Source of the DNA: Selaginella moellendorffii
Taxonomy: Eukaryota > Plantae > Lycopodiophyta
Direction of reading: 5' to 3'
DNA length: 64,000 nt
Assembly (NCBI RefSeq): GCF_000143415.4
Contig: NW_003314349.1
Span: 71,172 to 135,171, forward strand
This document shows, piece after piece, positions 39,547 through 52,269 of this stretch. Below the pieces are notes generated by a model. It was not told the origin of the DNA. It was given only the letters and a program-made list of their open reading frames with translations, and searched no databases. The translations under genes were made by a program, and so were the position numbers. Position 1 is the first letter of the stretch. Every line of letters starts with the position of its first letter.

Positions 39547-42500
39547 TCACAGGCGTAACTCTATGGTGTTCGTATCTTGGCTCACATCGAAGCTCACTTC
39601 CACTTTCTGTCCACCGCTCTTCTCGACCAAGGCCTTGTAACTTCCACAGTAGCCGCGAAACGCAAACTTCCCTTCCTTGTCCGTGGAGCCAGAGAGCTCC
39701 GTCCGCCACTCTCCTCTCAGAGCTTCCAGCCTCTTCCCAGCTTCGTTCAGCGTCCCATCCACCTCCACAAGGTGGCCATCCGATCTACAGCACCCCTGCC
39801 AGAATCCCCACAGCACCACTCCCTCCACCGCCGGATGAGCGAACGCTTCGCGCAGCACTGCCTCCAAGTCGTCCGCTCGGACGTGCTCGTTGCTCGAAGA
39901 CACGTCCACCTCCGTGAGCCAGATTGGAAGTCCCAGCATCGCGAGCTCGTCCAGCGAGCCGCGAAGAATCGGCCCCACGGGAACGTCGACATGGCCTTGG
40001 ACGCCGATACCACCGACTGGAGCACCTTGCGCGATCAAACTGTCGATTTGCTGGACGTATCTCCGAGCCGAGGAGTTCGCCTCTCGACCATCTTCGACGT
40101 GGTAGTCATTGACGAAGAGCCTGGCCGAGGGATCCAGACGATGGATTTGCTTGAACATGTTGGCGTGGACCTCGTCACCCAGCCTGCTCTTGTAGAAATC
40201 CCCGTGTAGCATCTCGTTGTTCACGTCGTAGTGCTGGAACTTGCCCCGGTATCGCGACACCAGCTTTTCTATGCGGCTCTCCACTGCTGCTTGGAGCTTC
40301 TCCTTGCTAAGTTTCTTCAACCAGCCTTGGACGCAGTGCTCCACCTCCCAGAACACGCAGTGGCCTCGGACAGGGAGCTTGTGATCGGCACAGAACTTGC
40401 AGAGCTCGTCCGCTTCTCTGAAGTTGAGCTTTCCCTGCTCAGGCTCTGTCCATCCCCACTTCATCTCGTTCTCAAACACCGTGTAGTTGAAAGTCTTGAG
40501 GAAGTAGTCCACGTACTTGGCGTTTTCCAGATTGATGCGGTTGATGCAAGCTCCCAGCGCGAAGCTCGAGGATATTTGCTTGACTTGTAGGCGTAGAGGA
40601 TTATCGCTTTTGATTCGAAGCACCACGTCGCGTTTCCTAACCTGTATCGAGCACAAAGAAATAAGATCTGAAAGCTTCCAGTTGAGTTTCCTAGTACCTG
40701 GTCAGCTTGCTTCTTCAGAGCGGCGTATTGATCACTGCGATTCACTGAAAAAATCCGGAGGTTTGCCACCATGATATCAAGACCTGCGTCAGGACCCTGA
40801 ACGTAAACCATGACTTCCGAAGGCTTCTTCTCAAGCCGGAAAGAACCCGCTACTTCTGTCCAGGAGCTCGAGCTTGCTTCTACTTCGCCACCGCTCATCC
40901 ATTGCCCATCCACGGAGAGAGCCACATTCACTCTCGCAAGATACTGGCTGCTTCCACCGATGCGCACCCAGGCACAGACTTGGTAAGGAAGAAAGAGCTG
41001 GATTCTCTCCGTGAGTTTTTGAGCAGGACCTTCCCATCCGAACTTCCTGTTTGTTGCAACGATGAAGTTTCCGCTAAACTCTGGGTGGAACTCCAGAGAC
41101 AGCTTTGCGGACGGTGGAAGAATTTTCGGTGCACCAGTTGCAACACGGAGAGAGCATGATCCCATTGAAAACCAGCTCGACAGTCCCTTGTGGAGATCCG
41201 AGTTCTCTACAATATTGATGCCGAACATGGGATTCTGCAACAAGTTTTCACCAGTAAGAAACAGTTAAGTATTCTGATCACCTGGAAAGACGGCGGAGGG
41301 CTTGGCTCGGGTTTCTTTGCTGGACACACAGAGAATGAATCAACCAGAATATCAACACCAGGTGCCGGACCCTCAAGGAAAATCACAGCTCGTTTCGGCA
41401 TGCTATGGATGGTAAAGCAGCCTTGCAAACTCGACCAGCTTTCGGCTGAAGCAGTTGTCCTAGGAAAGGACAATATAAGCACACCGAAACCCAACGAAGT
41501 TGCAAACATACCTTCCGATGGTCATGTATTGCTCTTGCATGTTGGACTTTCGAATGTACAAAGTCGCTAGAACTTCCGCTCGTGAAAGGCCTCCACGGAT
41601 GCGAACAGTAGCTCGCACATCATACATGATGTTCGCAGACAAGCGTCCCGTTACGTCTTGCTCGATTCCGTGCCATGTCTGTGTTCGATTCGATGCTATT
41701 GCAAAGTGATATCCTGTGCAGGGGGAGACATGAGGATCATCCAGTGTAAGTGTACACGATCTTGCAGACCACCCTTGCAAACCCCGAGAAAAGCAAGCAT
41801 TCTTTATGACCGAATCACTGGGGGAAGTGTCGGGCACGTCCTGCATAAAAAACAATGTTTGAGCTCAAGAAATCTAAAAAGTAGCGCACCGAGCAATCCT
41901 GTTTCCCAGGCACTATGCCAGAACTTTGTGTGGTGATGCTCACGCTGTCGACTAAAATATCAATTCCAGCAGGCGGTCCTTCCAAGTACACCAAAACTTT
42001 GTCAAAACTTTCGTTTAGAAGCAGCGGTCCTTGTATTCTTGTCCAAGTGCCTCTTGAAGCTCTTGCTCTGCAATGAAAACTCAAACTTTGTCAGGGAAAA
42101 GATCAGAGCAAATTACCTCCCAAGCTGCATATATTTCGTATCAGAATCCTTCTTTTCCAGTTTCGCGGTAGCAAGAACATCCGCTTCGGAAACTCCAGCC
42201 ACACTGACGAACGCAAGAACTTCATACTTGATGCCTGGCTTAACCCGTTCACTGATATCCTGCTCAATCCCTTGCCACCCTTGCGTCCTCCCCGACACAA
42301 CAGCCACAAACTCACCGCCGCGAGGCTGGATCCCTTGTAGCGCGTTCGGATCACAGAGCGAAACTTTGCATCCATACGAGGCCCTCCAGCCCTCTAATCC
42401 ACTGTCGAAGTTTCCATTGATGATAATGTCCTCGTCCCTCATAGCTCCCGCAGCTCCTGCAGCTCCAGCACCTACAAAAGACAATTTTTTCAAGAACAGT

Positions 42501-42564
42501 CACGATGGTCTTGGATCTTACCTTCTGGCTGCCGCTTCAGCTTGGAAGCTAGAAAACTCCTCAT
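39547..42564 (-). CDS. GH10 endo-1,4-beta-xylanase with tandem N-terminal CBM22 (CBM_4_9) modules
   Basis: Three CBM-like modules (NGNFDSGLEGW, NACFSRGLQGW, NSDLHKGLSSW; EGPxxGxDILV-type ends); catalytic domain FENEMKW, RGHCVFW, YDVNNE, IWLTE. Start codon inferred. Confidence 0.93.
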
Positions 42565-42735
42565 GCCACCACAGCAATGGCGGATCTTGATTCGTCGCCG
42601 AGCACCAATTGGAGCCTGCAAAACCATGACCATCGACTCATCAGAGAAACTCACAAGAGGATGCAGCCAAAACTTCAGATGCAAACCAAGCATCGGAATC
42701 GAGAGACTTACCCGGCCAGCAACTCGCAAGAAGCC

Positions 42736-44538
42736 CTATGATGACGACACTGTGCTGCTTTGCTCTTGTTCTCGCATAGTGTAGTAAATGTTGGCTAGCG
42801 ACACGTACGCTCCAGCCTCTCTCCTGTCAAACTCGAGAACTCGCTCGGCCGCTACCGCAGCCCTCTCCAGATCCCCATGAATCGCGCAGCAACTTAGCAG
42901 GATCCCCCACGCAGTAGCGTCCGCGGAGAACGGCATGCCCTCCACGAGATCCTGCGCGTTTCTCAGCTGTCCTGCCCGTCCCAGGATGTTGACAATGCAG
43001 CAGTAGTGGAAGAGCGAGTGATCCACGCCGTGATCATGGAGCATCCCTCTGAAGCAGCCGAGTCCTACGCTCAGCGTCCCGACGTGAGTGGACGCCACCA
43101 AGACGTTCCTCAGCGTCGGCTCGTCCGTGTCCACTCCCTGGAGAAGCATCCGCTGGAAGAACTGGAGAGCTCGTCTTGGATAGCTCCTGCTGCTACTACC
43201 ACTGCCGATGATCCGAGAGTGGGCATTTGCGGCAATGATCGAGGTCCATGACACTGCGCTTGGCTGTGGGAGACGCTCAAACACTGCCTCGGCTTGAGCC
43301 ATATACCCGTTGTGGGCATACCCGGACAGCATCGTGTTCCAAGCGACCGTGTCTCTCACCGGCATTTGCTCGAACTGGGCTCTCGATTCCGCCACGAAGC
43401 CGCTGGCTGCGTAAGCGTAGATCATCGCAGTGCTCGCCACAACGTCCACCGAAGGCATTCGATCGAACATCGCCTTGGCTTCTTCCAGTCGCCGGCTCTC
43501 GGCAAGGAGCTGGAGCATCGACGTCCATATAACCACGCTTCCCTCTGGGATCTCGTCGAAGAACACCTTGGCTTCCTGGATTCGTTCCCGGCTGTGAGCG
43601 TAGGCCTGGAACAGCGCGGCCCACGAGAGAGAGTTGTGCTTGGGCATCTCGTCCAAGAACTTCTTGGCCTCTTCCACATCCCCGAGCTGGGCATACGCGG
43701 AGATCATCGAGTTCCACGAAGAACAGTCGCGCTCGATCATGGCGTCGAAGATCTTCTTCGCGCCAGCCACGTCTTCGATCTCTGCGTGAGCGGCTATCAG
43801 AGCGTTGCACGACACGATGCTGAATTCCGGCATGGATTGGATGATCTCGCGACATTTCTCGTGATCCCCTATCTGGGCATATGCAAGAACCATCGTTGTC
43901 CACGAAACGATGTCCCTCTGGCTCATATTGTCGAAGATCTTTCTCGCTTCATCGATCCGAAAATGCGAGCTATAGCTCGAGATCATGATGTTCCACGACT
44001 TGACGTTCCACTCGGGCATCCTTTGGAACAACTCGTTCGTTCCACCCATATCCCCATTCTCCGCATTTGCTGCGAGAACGGCATTCCAGGAAGCCAAATC
44101 CCTCTGAGGCATCGTCTCGAAGAGATCACGCACAGAATCCATCTCGCCACTGTCGGCATAGGCGCTGATCATCGTAGTCCATGACACAATGTCCCTGAGA
44201 TCAGCCATTCTCTCAAAAATCGCCCGGGCATCCTGGATCCTCCCGGCAAGCACATAGCTCTGGAGCATCACGTTCCAGGAGAAGACGTTGGGCTCCGGGA
44301 TGGCCTCAAACACCCTCCGCGCATCATCCACGCTCCCACACTGCCCATACATTTGCACCACGACATTGGCCAGGAATCGGCTCCTGGCAAAGGCGCCGCT
44401 CGCGATCTTGGCATGGATTTCCCTCACCTCCTCAGCAGTGTCGCAAGATCGCACCAGTCTTGCGAGATCTTCCTTGAGGACCTGCTGCTGCTGCTGCCGG
44501 CGATCCAATCCGGCGACGCTGCTGCGCGATCTAAGCAT
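42736..44538 (-). CDS. PLS-class PPR protein with a long run of short (S-type) repeats and an E-type end
   Basis: About 31-aa repeats (DIVSWTTM...AR.IFD.M), HYCCIVNILGRAG, AWGILLSCCAIHGD. Confidence 0.93.
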   Translation of the reverse strand: MLRSRSSVAGLDRRQQQQQVLKEDLARLVRSCDTAEEVREIHAKIASGAFARSRFLANVVVQMYGQCGSVDDARRVFEAIPEPNVFSWNVMLQSYVLAGRIQDARAIFERMADLRDIVSWTTMISAYADSGEMDSVRDLFETMPQRDLASWNAVLAANAENGDMGGTNELFQRMPEWNVKSWNIMISSYSSHFRIDEARKIFDNMSQRDIVSWTTMVLAYAQIGDHEKCREIIQSMPEFSIVSCNALIAAHAEIEDVAGAKKIFDAMIERDCSSWNSMISAYAQLGDVEEAKKFLDEMPKHNSLSWAALFQAYAHSRERIQEAKVFFDEIPEGSVVIWTSMLQLLAESRRLEEAKAMFDRMPSVDVVASTAMIYAYAASGFVAESRAQFEQMPVRDTVAWNTMLSGYAHNGYMAQAEAVFERLPQPSAVSWTSIIAANAHSRIIGSGSSSRSYPRRALQFFQRMLLQGVDTDEPTLRNVLVASTHVGTLSVGLGCFRGMLHDHGVDHSLFHYCCIVNILGRAGQLRNAQDLVEGMPFSADATAWGILLSCCAIHGDLERAAVAAERVLEFDRREAGAYVSLANIYYTMREQEQSSTVSSS

Positions 44539-44920
44539 CTATGTCCCGAAATATCCAGTGCTAGCTCGAAATTTTCCAGCGAAGATCTTTCACCGCGGCC
44601 ATGCGATGCTGCTGCCGGCGTTCCAATGCCGCGATGCTGCGGCGCAATCTAAGCATCTGTGCCCCCTGCCGATCGACATATCCAGTGCTAGCTCGAAATT
44701 TCCCAGTTTAGATCTGTCATCGCGGCCGCAAGCATCTAGAGCTCTTCCGACGATCGATCCTTCCCCCTGGAATTTCTAGAATCGCGAAGATTTTCCAGCG
44801 AAGATCTTTCATGCGATGCTGCTGCCGGCGATCCAATGCCGCGACGCTGCCCATTGAAATATCCACTGCTAGCTCGAAATTTCCCAGCGAAGATCTTTCA
44901 TCGCGGCCGAAAGATCTTTC
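44490..44920. repeat. Imperfect tandem repeats (~110-bp unit, about 3 copies) over the PPR start/promoter
   Basis: Recurrent GCTGCTGCCGGCG.TCCAAT, ATATCCA.TGCTAGCTCGAAATTT and GCGAAGATCTTTCA blocks. Confidence 0.85.
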
Positions 44921-45428
44921 CATCCCAATGCAAGCATAACGATCGATGGCGGAGGAAGAAGCGCTCTCTAGAGAGAGCCCTGGAATTTTTTTACTTCTAT
45001 CTACCTGGGTCTACCTAGGGTTCAAGAAGAATGAAGAACAAGGTGGAGGAGAGGAGGAGCCCTTGTTTGTGAGGAGGCAATGGCGCCCAACATCGAAGGG
45101 CCAATCCTGGGGTTGTGCGCGGTGGTGGCAGCTGCGGCGGCATCCGCGACGCTGGTGGCGGCGGTGGTGGCCGCTGCCGCTGCGCTCATGGCGGTGGGCT
45201 ACATTGCCTTCGTGGAGCTGGACAAATTCTTGCGCGGCGGCGCTGCCCCGTCCTCGGCCAATCGCCGCAGTTGAGTGATCGATCGCGCCGGATCGATCGA
45301 GGTAACACAGTAGGTTCTCGTAGTAGTGGACAAAAGGGAAAGAGAGAAAGGGAAATTTCCTAGGGAGGAGGTAGCGATTGAGCGATCGATCGATCGATCG
45401 ATCGATCAATGACTGCTAATTCATCGCG

Positions 45429-47395
45429 ATGGAGCCGTCCTCTTGTTGCGGATTTCTTCCCGTCCCGCCGGAGGTGGTGATTGGACGATTCAATCCTTTC
45501 AGCGAAGCGCAGCAAGTCCAGCTACGTGCGCAGATAATTGTCTATGGCTCCATCGTGTAAGTTTCTTCCATCTTTTCTTCCCTCTTTCTAAAACTCTCTC
45601 TCTCGTGTCTCCTCAGCCGGGAGCTCGCTCCCGAGGAAACTTTGATGAGCTTGTGCTTCGCGGACATATCCACGGGTGAGTTTGCTCTTCTCGTTCTCGA
45701 TAGAGCTTTTAAGTTTCTTAAGCTGTAGTTATGACACAGGAAGTAGTGTGGAGGATTTTCACGAAGGGAATCTGGGGAGGAGTGCATGGGAGAAAATCTG
45801 GCAAGCTGCTTCGTTCAATAGTGCTCGAGCAAAGAAACCGAGCAAAAGCAAGGCAGCATCGGCAGCACCATCTCCGGCTCCTCCAGCGAAGACGAAAGCC
45901 CCGAAGCCTGCTATCAAACGCAAGGCCTCCAAAGCTGCGACGGCCAACTCTAGCAGGAAGAAAAGTGTGAAGCAGAAGAACATATCGGATCTGGATTCGG
46001 ATGTCGTCGTCGTGCAGCAAGTCATCACGGATGCTACTGAAACTCAGAGCAATAGTGAGGAGGAGGAGGAGGAGAAGCAAGGTGGAGAAGAAGCGGACAC
46101 AGAGCTCGAGCAGCTAGCAGCTTCTGCCATCAAAGCGATGAGCGATCTTCCTCCGACTGCTGGCAAGAAGAAGGGGGGCAGGCAAGAAGAAGAAGGCACA
46201 GAGGAAGGAGAAGACGAAGAAGAAGAAGAAGAAGAAGAAGCTCATTGCAAAGCTTCCGAGGACAACACGTCCAGAGATCCAGGGGACTTGACGGACGAAA
46301 AGGCCGAGTCAATGGAGATTGATGATGCTGAAACCAGCAAAATCTCGAACGTGGAGGAAGGGCTAAGGCGGCATTGGAAAGAGATTGTGCAAGGAGCTAT
46401 GGTTGAGGTTCGTATGCTTGTTTTCGGTTTCTCGATCGAGGGAAGGGAATTCTAATCAACTTAATCAATCCATTCAGGTTATTTCGGACGAAGACGGACT
46501 TCACGGAGTTTGGTTCTCGGGGAAGGTTCGGACAGTTCGGAAAGACAAAGTGCAGGTTGTCTACACCGATCTTCTCCATGAAGATGGTAAGAAAAAAAAA
46601 TTTATCTTTGTTCTTTTCCTGAATTATTTGTCAGGACAAACTATGCTGCAAGAATGGGTGTCCTCTTGCGATTTGATGAACGACGCCCCAAAAATCCGGC
46701 TGGCTCATCCCGTGACGTCGGCTGATCTCCCGCTGAAAAGGAACAACTTTTCAGTTGGAGATCATGTTGATGCTTGGATGAATGACGGGTGGGTTTTTAA
46801 AGTTTCTCTTCCATGGTTCTCTCTTACACTGTGGTGTCGGAAACTTCAGGTGGTGGGAAGGAATAGTAGAGGGTATTAACAGCGAGAACCAAAAGCAAGT
46901 GACGCTGTTTTTCCCAGGTACCATCGTATTATCTCTGTCGTCATGCTTATCAGGGAGACGCTGTGCTTTCAACAGGAGAGGGAGACATTGGTGTGGCTAA
47001 GATAAGCCACTTACGCCCGTCCCTTGTCTGGAAAAACGGGGAATGGATTCTTTGGGCTCCAAAAGAAGGCGGAAAGAAGGTACCATGGCTTGCTTTGGTT
47101 TTCATCTCTTGTTCACGTATTTCTCTCTGACCAGGTCAGGAAGCAACCGGTCTCAAAGCCATCTCAGGTGATTCCCGAGAAGAAGTTTGTTGAAGTTACG
47201 CCGGTGGTATTGGATGGGAAGCGCAAACGCGAGCGGCCAAAGAGGCTGGCGGATGGATTGGACGACGAGCAGCCCCCGAGGAAGCCTTACACGAGAAGAG
47301 CTCCTCCAGCGAGCAGGGGGAGCGAAGCCAACCCCACCAAGAGAGTACTGCCCCCTCGAAACAAAGCCAGCTCTTCGAGAGCCAAGAGGAAGTAG
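45429..47395 (+). CDS. Agenet/Tudor chromatin protein, SWO1/G2484-1-like, multi-exon
   Basis: PFSEAQQVQLRAQIIVYGSI...GRSAWEKIWQAA motif, acidic/basic linker, two Agenet-like segments (VEVISDEDGLHGVWFSG; FSVGDHVDAWMNDGWWEGIV). Confidence 0.82.
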
Positions 47396-48339
47396 ATGAT
47401 AAGTCACACTTTTGAGTTGTAAAGAACGCAAAGAAGAACTCGATTTTGAGTGATCATATAAATGTAAACACTTGGTTGACACAATCTTTCTCTAGAGCTT
47501 CTTTTGTTCTTCCTTTTAGTTTCTTTACTCCAGTAACCATTCCAATCACAATGCCAAACCATCTTCTTGCTTTTTCCGCAGTGGAGAAGGCCAGGTTAAA
47601 TCGCGAGGACAGCACAAAATCCATGCTTTGCTTCGAGCGCCTCAATGTAAAACTCGATTTTTTGAGCGTCCAAGGCATTGGTTGAGCTTCAATCATAGGT
47701 GGTGGAGATTGATTAGCAGTCCATGACGAGGCTCTTTCGTGTTTGTTACCTCCCATGGTTTGCCAAGAGAATTCAAGACGTTTATGAGTGTGGCGTCCGG
47801 CAAGGGTGCTTCTCCCGCAAATCTCTCGAGCCTCTGTGTAGATAGACAAGATCTTACACACCAAAGACTTGACAAGAACAATGTACTACACCGTCTTCTT
47901 GCAATCTCGCTGCTTAAATCTCAAACCAGGAGCTCTTGAAGAAGAATGGAGAGATTTAAGGCAATACCTGGGATCTTCTACAGAAGATGTGAGCATCATC
48001 CTGTGTTGTCAGTGAGATCGTCAATGATACTGGCCTTCTGAAGAACACCAATCAGTTGCAGTGGAAGCTCTGCAAAGAACAATGATGCTCAAGACGACAA
48101 AGATCTGAGCAAACCTTGATAGGATCTAACGCGATAGTGGGGCAGTGAGCTGTGCTATTTGATGGTTTCACGGCAAACTCCATGTTTTCTTCATGGAAAA
48201 ATGCTAGCATGAGCAAACAAAAGTACACTTCCACCTTCATGGTTAGGATGTCCTCTTTGATCGATGCATTAGACAAAAGTTGCATCTTGAACACAGTTAG
48301 AGAACTGCAAATGTTCTTGATCTCAAATTGTTGGTAACT

Positions 48340-50560
48340 ACTTTCTTGTAAGAGTTAGAAGAGTGTAAATATTAAATAGTGTGCTCAAACAATTATTAAC
48401 TATCTTAACCCATACATAATTATTAAATTTAGGACTAGAGCTTTTTCTTTCACCTTTTATGATTTGTGTTACACACTATACTTTTATAAAGGCTCTAAAA
48501 TTAATTTAATCCAATCTCAAGCTAATCTAAAATCTAATTAAGATATGGTCCTAAATACTCATCCATATGCATAAAAAGCTTTGAGTGTAAATTCCATGAG
48601 TAAAGGTTTAAGATTTGATTTCACAGTGCCAAGTAGTAGCGAATATACTTTTCAGTAAATATAAAAATATGGTAATAACACTTAATTTATGGCATATAAA
48701 TTTTTTAAAATGCAAACTATTACTCCCAAAATTACATGAATGGGAAAAAATTCAAGAAAAGTTCATTCTAGTAGTTTTTACTCATAAGTATATCTTTTAT
48801 GAAACTTTTGGCTTTATTAACTAATAAAAATTTAATTTAATTTGTAATAATATTTTGATAAATTTATTATTTAGTTTTTATTAAATTATTTATGATTTAA
48901 TATGAATATAAAATAAACTAAATTTAAAATTTTAATTTAAAATTTTTTAAATTATAAACATAAAGATGAAATATTATAAATATATCAAAATTTCTAGAAT
49001 TTTATTTTTTATATTTATCTTTTTTAACACAACTAACATGCTTTAATTTAGAAAAAATAATTATTAACAGCCAAAAGATATTATTATTACAGCTATATAT
49101 AATTTAATTAAGAAAGTTCACTTAAGATATTTTTATTTTGCAACTTATACAAATTCAATATAAGCACGTACTTCATTAAAAAATATTAAAGTACTTATTA
49201 AATGAAAAATTACATGCTTAGCTATAAAAGATATTAAAAGAATGAATATTACACATGGTTTAAAAAAATATTAAAATATCTTAGTTATTTTAAATATAAT
49301 ATTTTTAATTTGTTTTTACAAAGAAACTCCTTAATATTTAATATGATATACATTAATAAATCATTCAGATTCTACTTTTATATATTATAAGTATAAAAGT
49401 TATTTCTTTAATTATTTATTCAATTTTTTTATAAAAGTGATTTATACAATGATTTAGCTCTTTTTAAATTTTATAAAATTTATTTTATATTTTTTGTAAT
49501 TTAATTGTATAAAAACTTAAAATTGGATATTTATTCATCCAAAAAAAACATTTAACTATGCTTTACCTTTAGAAAATCAAGAAAATTTAGTTTTAAAACA
49601 TAATAGTGAAATAAATATAGCCTACACAAAAAAATTCTAAATATCTATGTTTAATACTAATCATTATTTATTATTTTACATTGTTTTTTTATAAAATGAT
49701 TTTCTATAGGTAATTTTTAGCAATAATTTCTAATTATCTTTTATGAATATCAAGTACTATTAATAAAAAAAAATTCTTAACATAAATTGACTAGATACTA
49801 TTATGTATAAATAATAATAATTATAATATTAGTGGTAGTAGTAGTAATGAAAATTGTTAATAATATAATTTTATTTTCTGGAATTTCATAATATTATTTA
49901 TATAATTAATATATCATTTTAGAATTTTTTAAATAAAACTAAGCTTTTTGTACTTTTCTAATATAACTTATATTAAAAAAAAGACTTATAAAGATTTTTA
50001 TAACTACATTTTCCCAAATAAATTTTATTAAATATAAAATCTGTAGATATTCATTTCACTTACCTAAAAAAACCAACATATATATATGATCCTTGAAATG
50101 TGGTGTAAGTTACTTACACAACCGTAAAATATCAAAAATTAATATAAGATTATAGGAAGGAACCACATAAGCATTATGGTGAATTTTAAACTTCTTGAGG
50201 CTAAAGGTAAAAAAAGAGATTGATGGCTATTTTGAGTTATAAGATAATTAGGGAGCTTATAGAAAGACTTTGGCATAAGCTCTATTGATTAAAGTTAATA
50301 TCTTTAGAATGAAAATCACCAATCTTGAGCACATACCAAAAGCCAAGAATCTGTTAAACAAATGTTATGACTAGACCTCCTAGGATTTCCGATTGCAAGT
50401 CACATCAAATTTGGTAATATTGTAAATTGAAAACAATTTAACTTTTAGTTTTATATAAACAGAACTGCTAATTATTAATTAAAAAGAAAACCAAAAACTA
50501 AAAAGATAAGCTCCACTAAATAACATTTTCAAAAACTATATTTCTCGGGTGAACTAAGGT
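48340..50560. other. Very AT-rich non-coding island
   Basis: Long A/T runs and almost no ORFs, in sharp contrast to the flanks; AT content judged by eye only. Confidence 0.8.
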
Positions 50561-50562
50561 AA

Positions 50563-50592
50563 TAAACCCTAAACCCTAATAAACCCTAAACC
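50563..50592 (+). promoter_or_regulatory. Telo-box cluster / short interstitial plant telomere repeats
   Basis: TAAACCCTAAACCCTAATAAACCCTAAACC. Confidence 0.75.
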
Positions 50593-52269
50593 GAAAGCTT
50601 GGCGGCGCCGCCATCCTCCGAGGTCGTTGAAGCTGGAAGCTTCAAATCTGGTGTTGAAGCCATTCCCGATCCAAGCAAACACTAGATAAGGATTCGATTT
50701 GGTATTTTGTGTGGCTTTAAACAAGGTCCGCTAGACATTAGTTCCCCAACATGATCAAAATCCTTGCATTCTCTCTAAGACCTTGCTTGATCCCAGTCTT
50801 TTTGGATCTTTCAAGGATTTTCCTGGATGCCCTTGACTTTAGTACAACGAAACACTGCCACTGGCATAGTACGCTGATGCGCTCCACGAGATTTTCTCTT
50901 CCATCGATCGAGGACTCCTCTTGGAAGCTTTCTCTGTCCTTTATTCGTTTTGCAGGAGCTGAATGGCTCTTCTCTGATGAATTCTCGTCGATTTCGGCGC
51001 TGGGCGTTTGGTCCATCTAGTGACTTGCCTCACGAGCTTGACTCAATGTAAACGTTTTCTACAAAATATAAAGCGAGAAACTATATATATTTTCCTGTCC
51101 GTGCAAGCACATGCCAGAGAGATTGAGTCCTCTAACCGAGGAACTGGAGCTGTCGCACGCTACTCCAATCCAGACGCATGGCTGCTTCCAGTCGTTTAAG
51201 ACTGCTCTCCAGATTGGATCAAAACTGCAAAAGAACCGCAACCTCGTTCTCAGACTAGCAGTGACACCAAGGAAAAGAGAAGTAGTGAAAACCATATTGT
51301 AGTACATCTTTGAGAAATTGTGACGCATTTTCCATGAGACTCACATGAAAACATAAGAACACCTGTGCTCGCGAGAAGTTGCTGTAGATTCTAGGTTAAG
51401 TGGTCCTTGGAGCTGTTAGTCAATGAGATTTTTTGACTAATATGGACTATGTAGTGACTGCTGTTGACTTTTCGAGCTTTAGAAGCTCTACAATGATGGC
51501 TTTAGATTTCTTTCCAGAATTGTTTGGTTCTATCCGTGATTTGTTGAAACATCTTTATTTTGCTAAAGCTTTAAATGCTTGGATCTTAAAGAGCAGTAAA
51601 AAACACGTGAGAAAGTGTTTGATTTCTGGCCCAAATTCGCGAAAGGAACTGTTATTTATTTATGATTGGAACTTACTATTGCAAGAATTTGTCCTCCTGG
51701 AAAGCTGAGTAAGGTGGCATGTCAAGAGCTGCCTTGGCAATGTGTCCATCTTCGTGGATCTTGTTAATCAGATCCTCTAGCAACGAGAAATTGGCCTGGA
51801 CAAATACAACCATTGTTTCTCAAAAGAAATGGATAAGGATTGTTTACCTCTGGCCGAATGTAGCTGACAACAACGAGCCGGAGCTCCTCTCCCTAGAAAT
51901 CTTCTGGGAATTCGTGCAATAACGAGGGCTTCTGTAGGAGGAGCAATAGTAGGAGCAACTGAGCTTTCTTCCTAGCAAATGTAAAACTTGCATTTACCAC
52001 TGTTTTTTCTGCATTGTCGAAATATGGATTCCAGCTGACGCTCATCACCATCTTAAACACTCCCTTGTCCGAAAGCCTCGCCCAGCCTAGATAAATCCCA
52101 CAAACTTGCTCTGCTAGTTGCTTGGAGAATGCTCCAGTCGGGAGATTCGCTGCACAGAAGGAAACAAATGATCAAGCCCGTGTTGCAAGAAGTTTTACGT
52201 ACCAGTGGGAATTCCGAGGACTTTGAAGCCTCGACCAAAGCCTCTGAGCACGGGTCCAGAGATGTACCA

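Noticed and set aside
45080-45274. 64-aa Ala-rich membrane micropeptide
   Set aside because: GC-rich low-complexity sequence gives open frames easily; no family or expression evidence.
44490-45407. CRISPR-like array in the tandem repeats or the (GATC)6 run at 45384-45407
   Set aside because: Eukaryotic context, imperfect contiguous repeats with no unique spacers and no cas genes.
50563-50592. True telomere or chromosome-fusion site
   Set aside because: Only 3-4 units in one orientation; equally explained by promoter telo-boxes.
51100-51200. LRR N-cap-like fragment (PCVWIGVACD...VRGLNLSGMCLHG) on the minus strand
   Set aside because: Too short and isolated to support a gene call.
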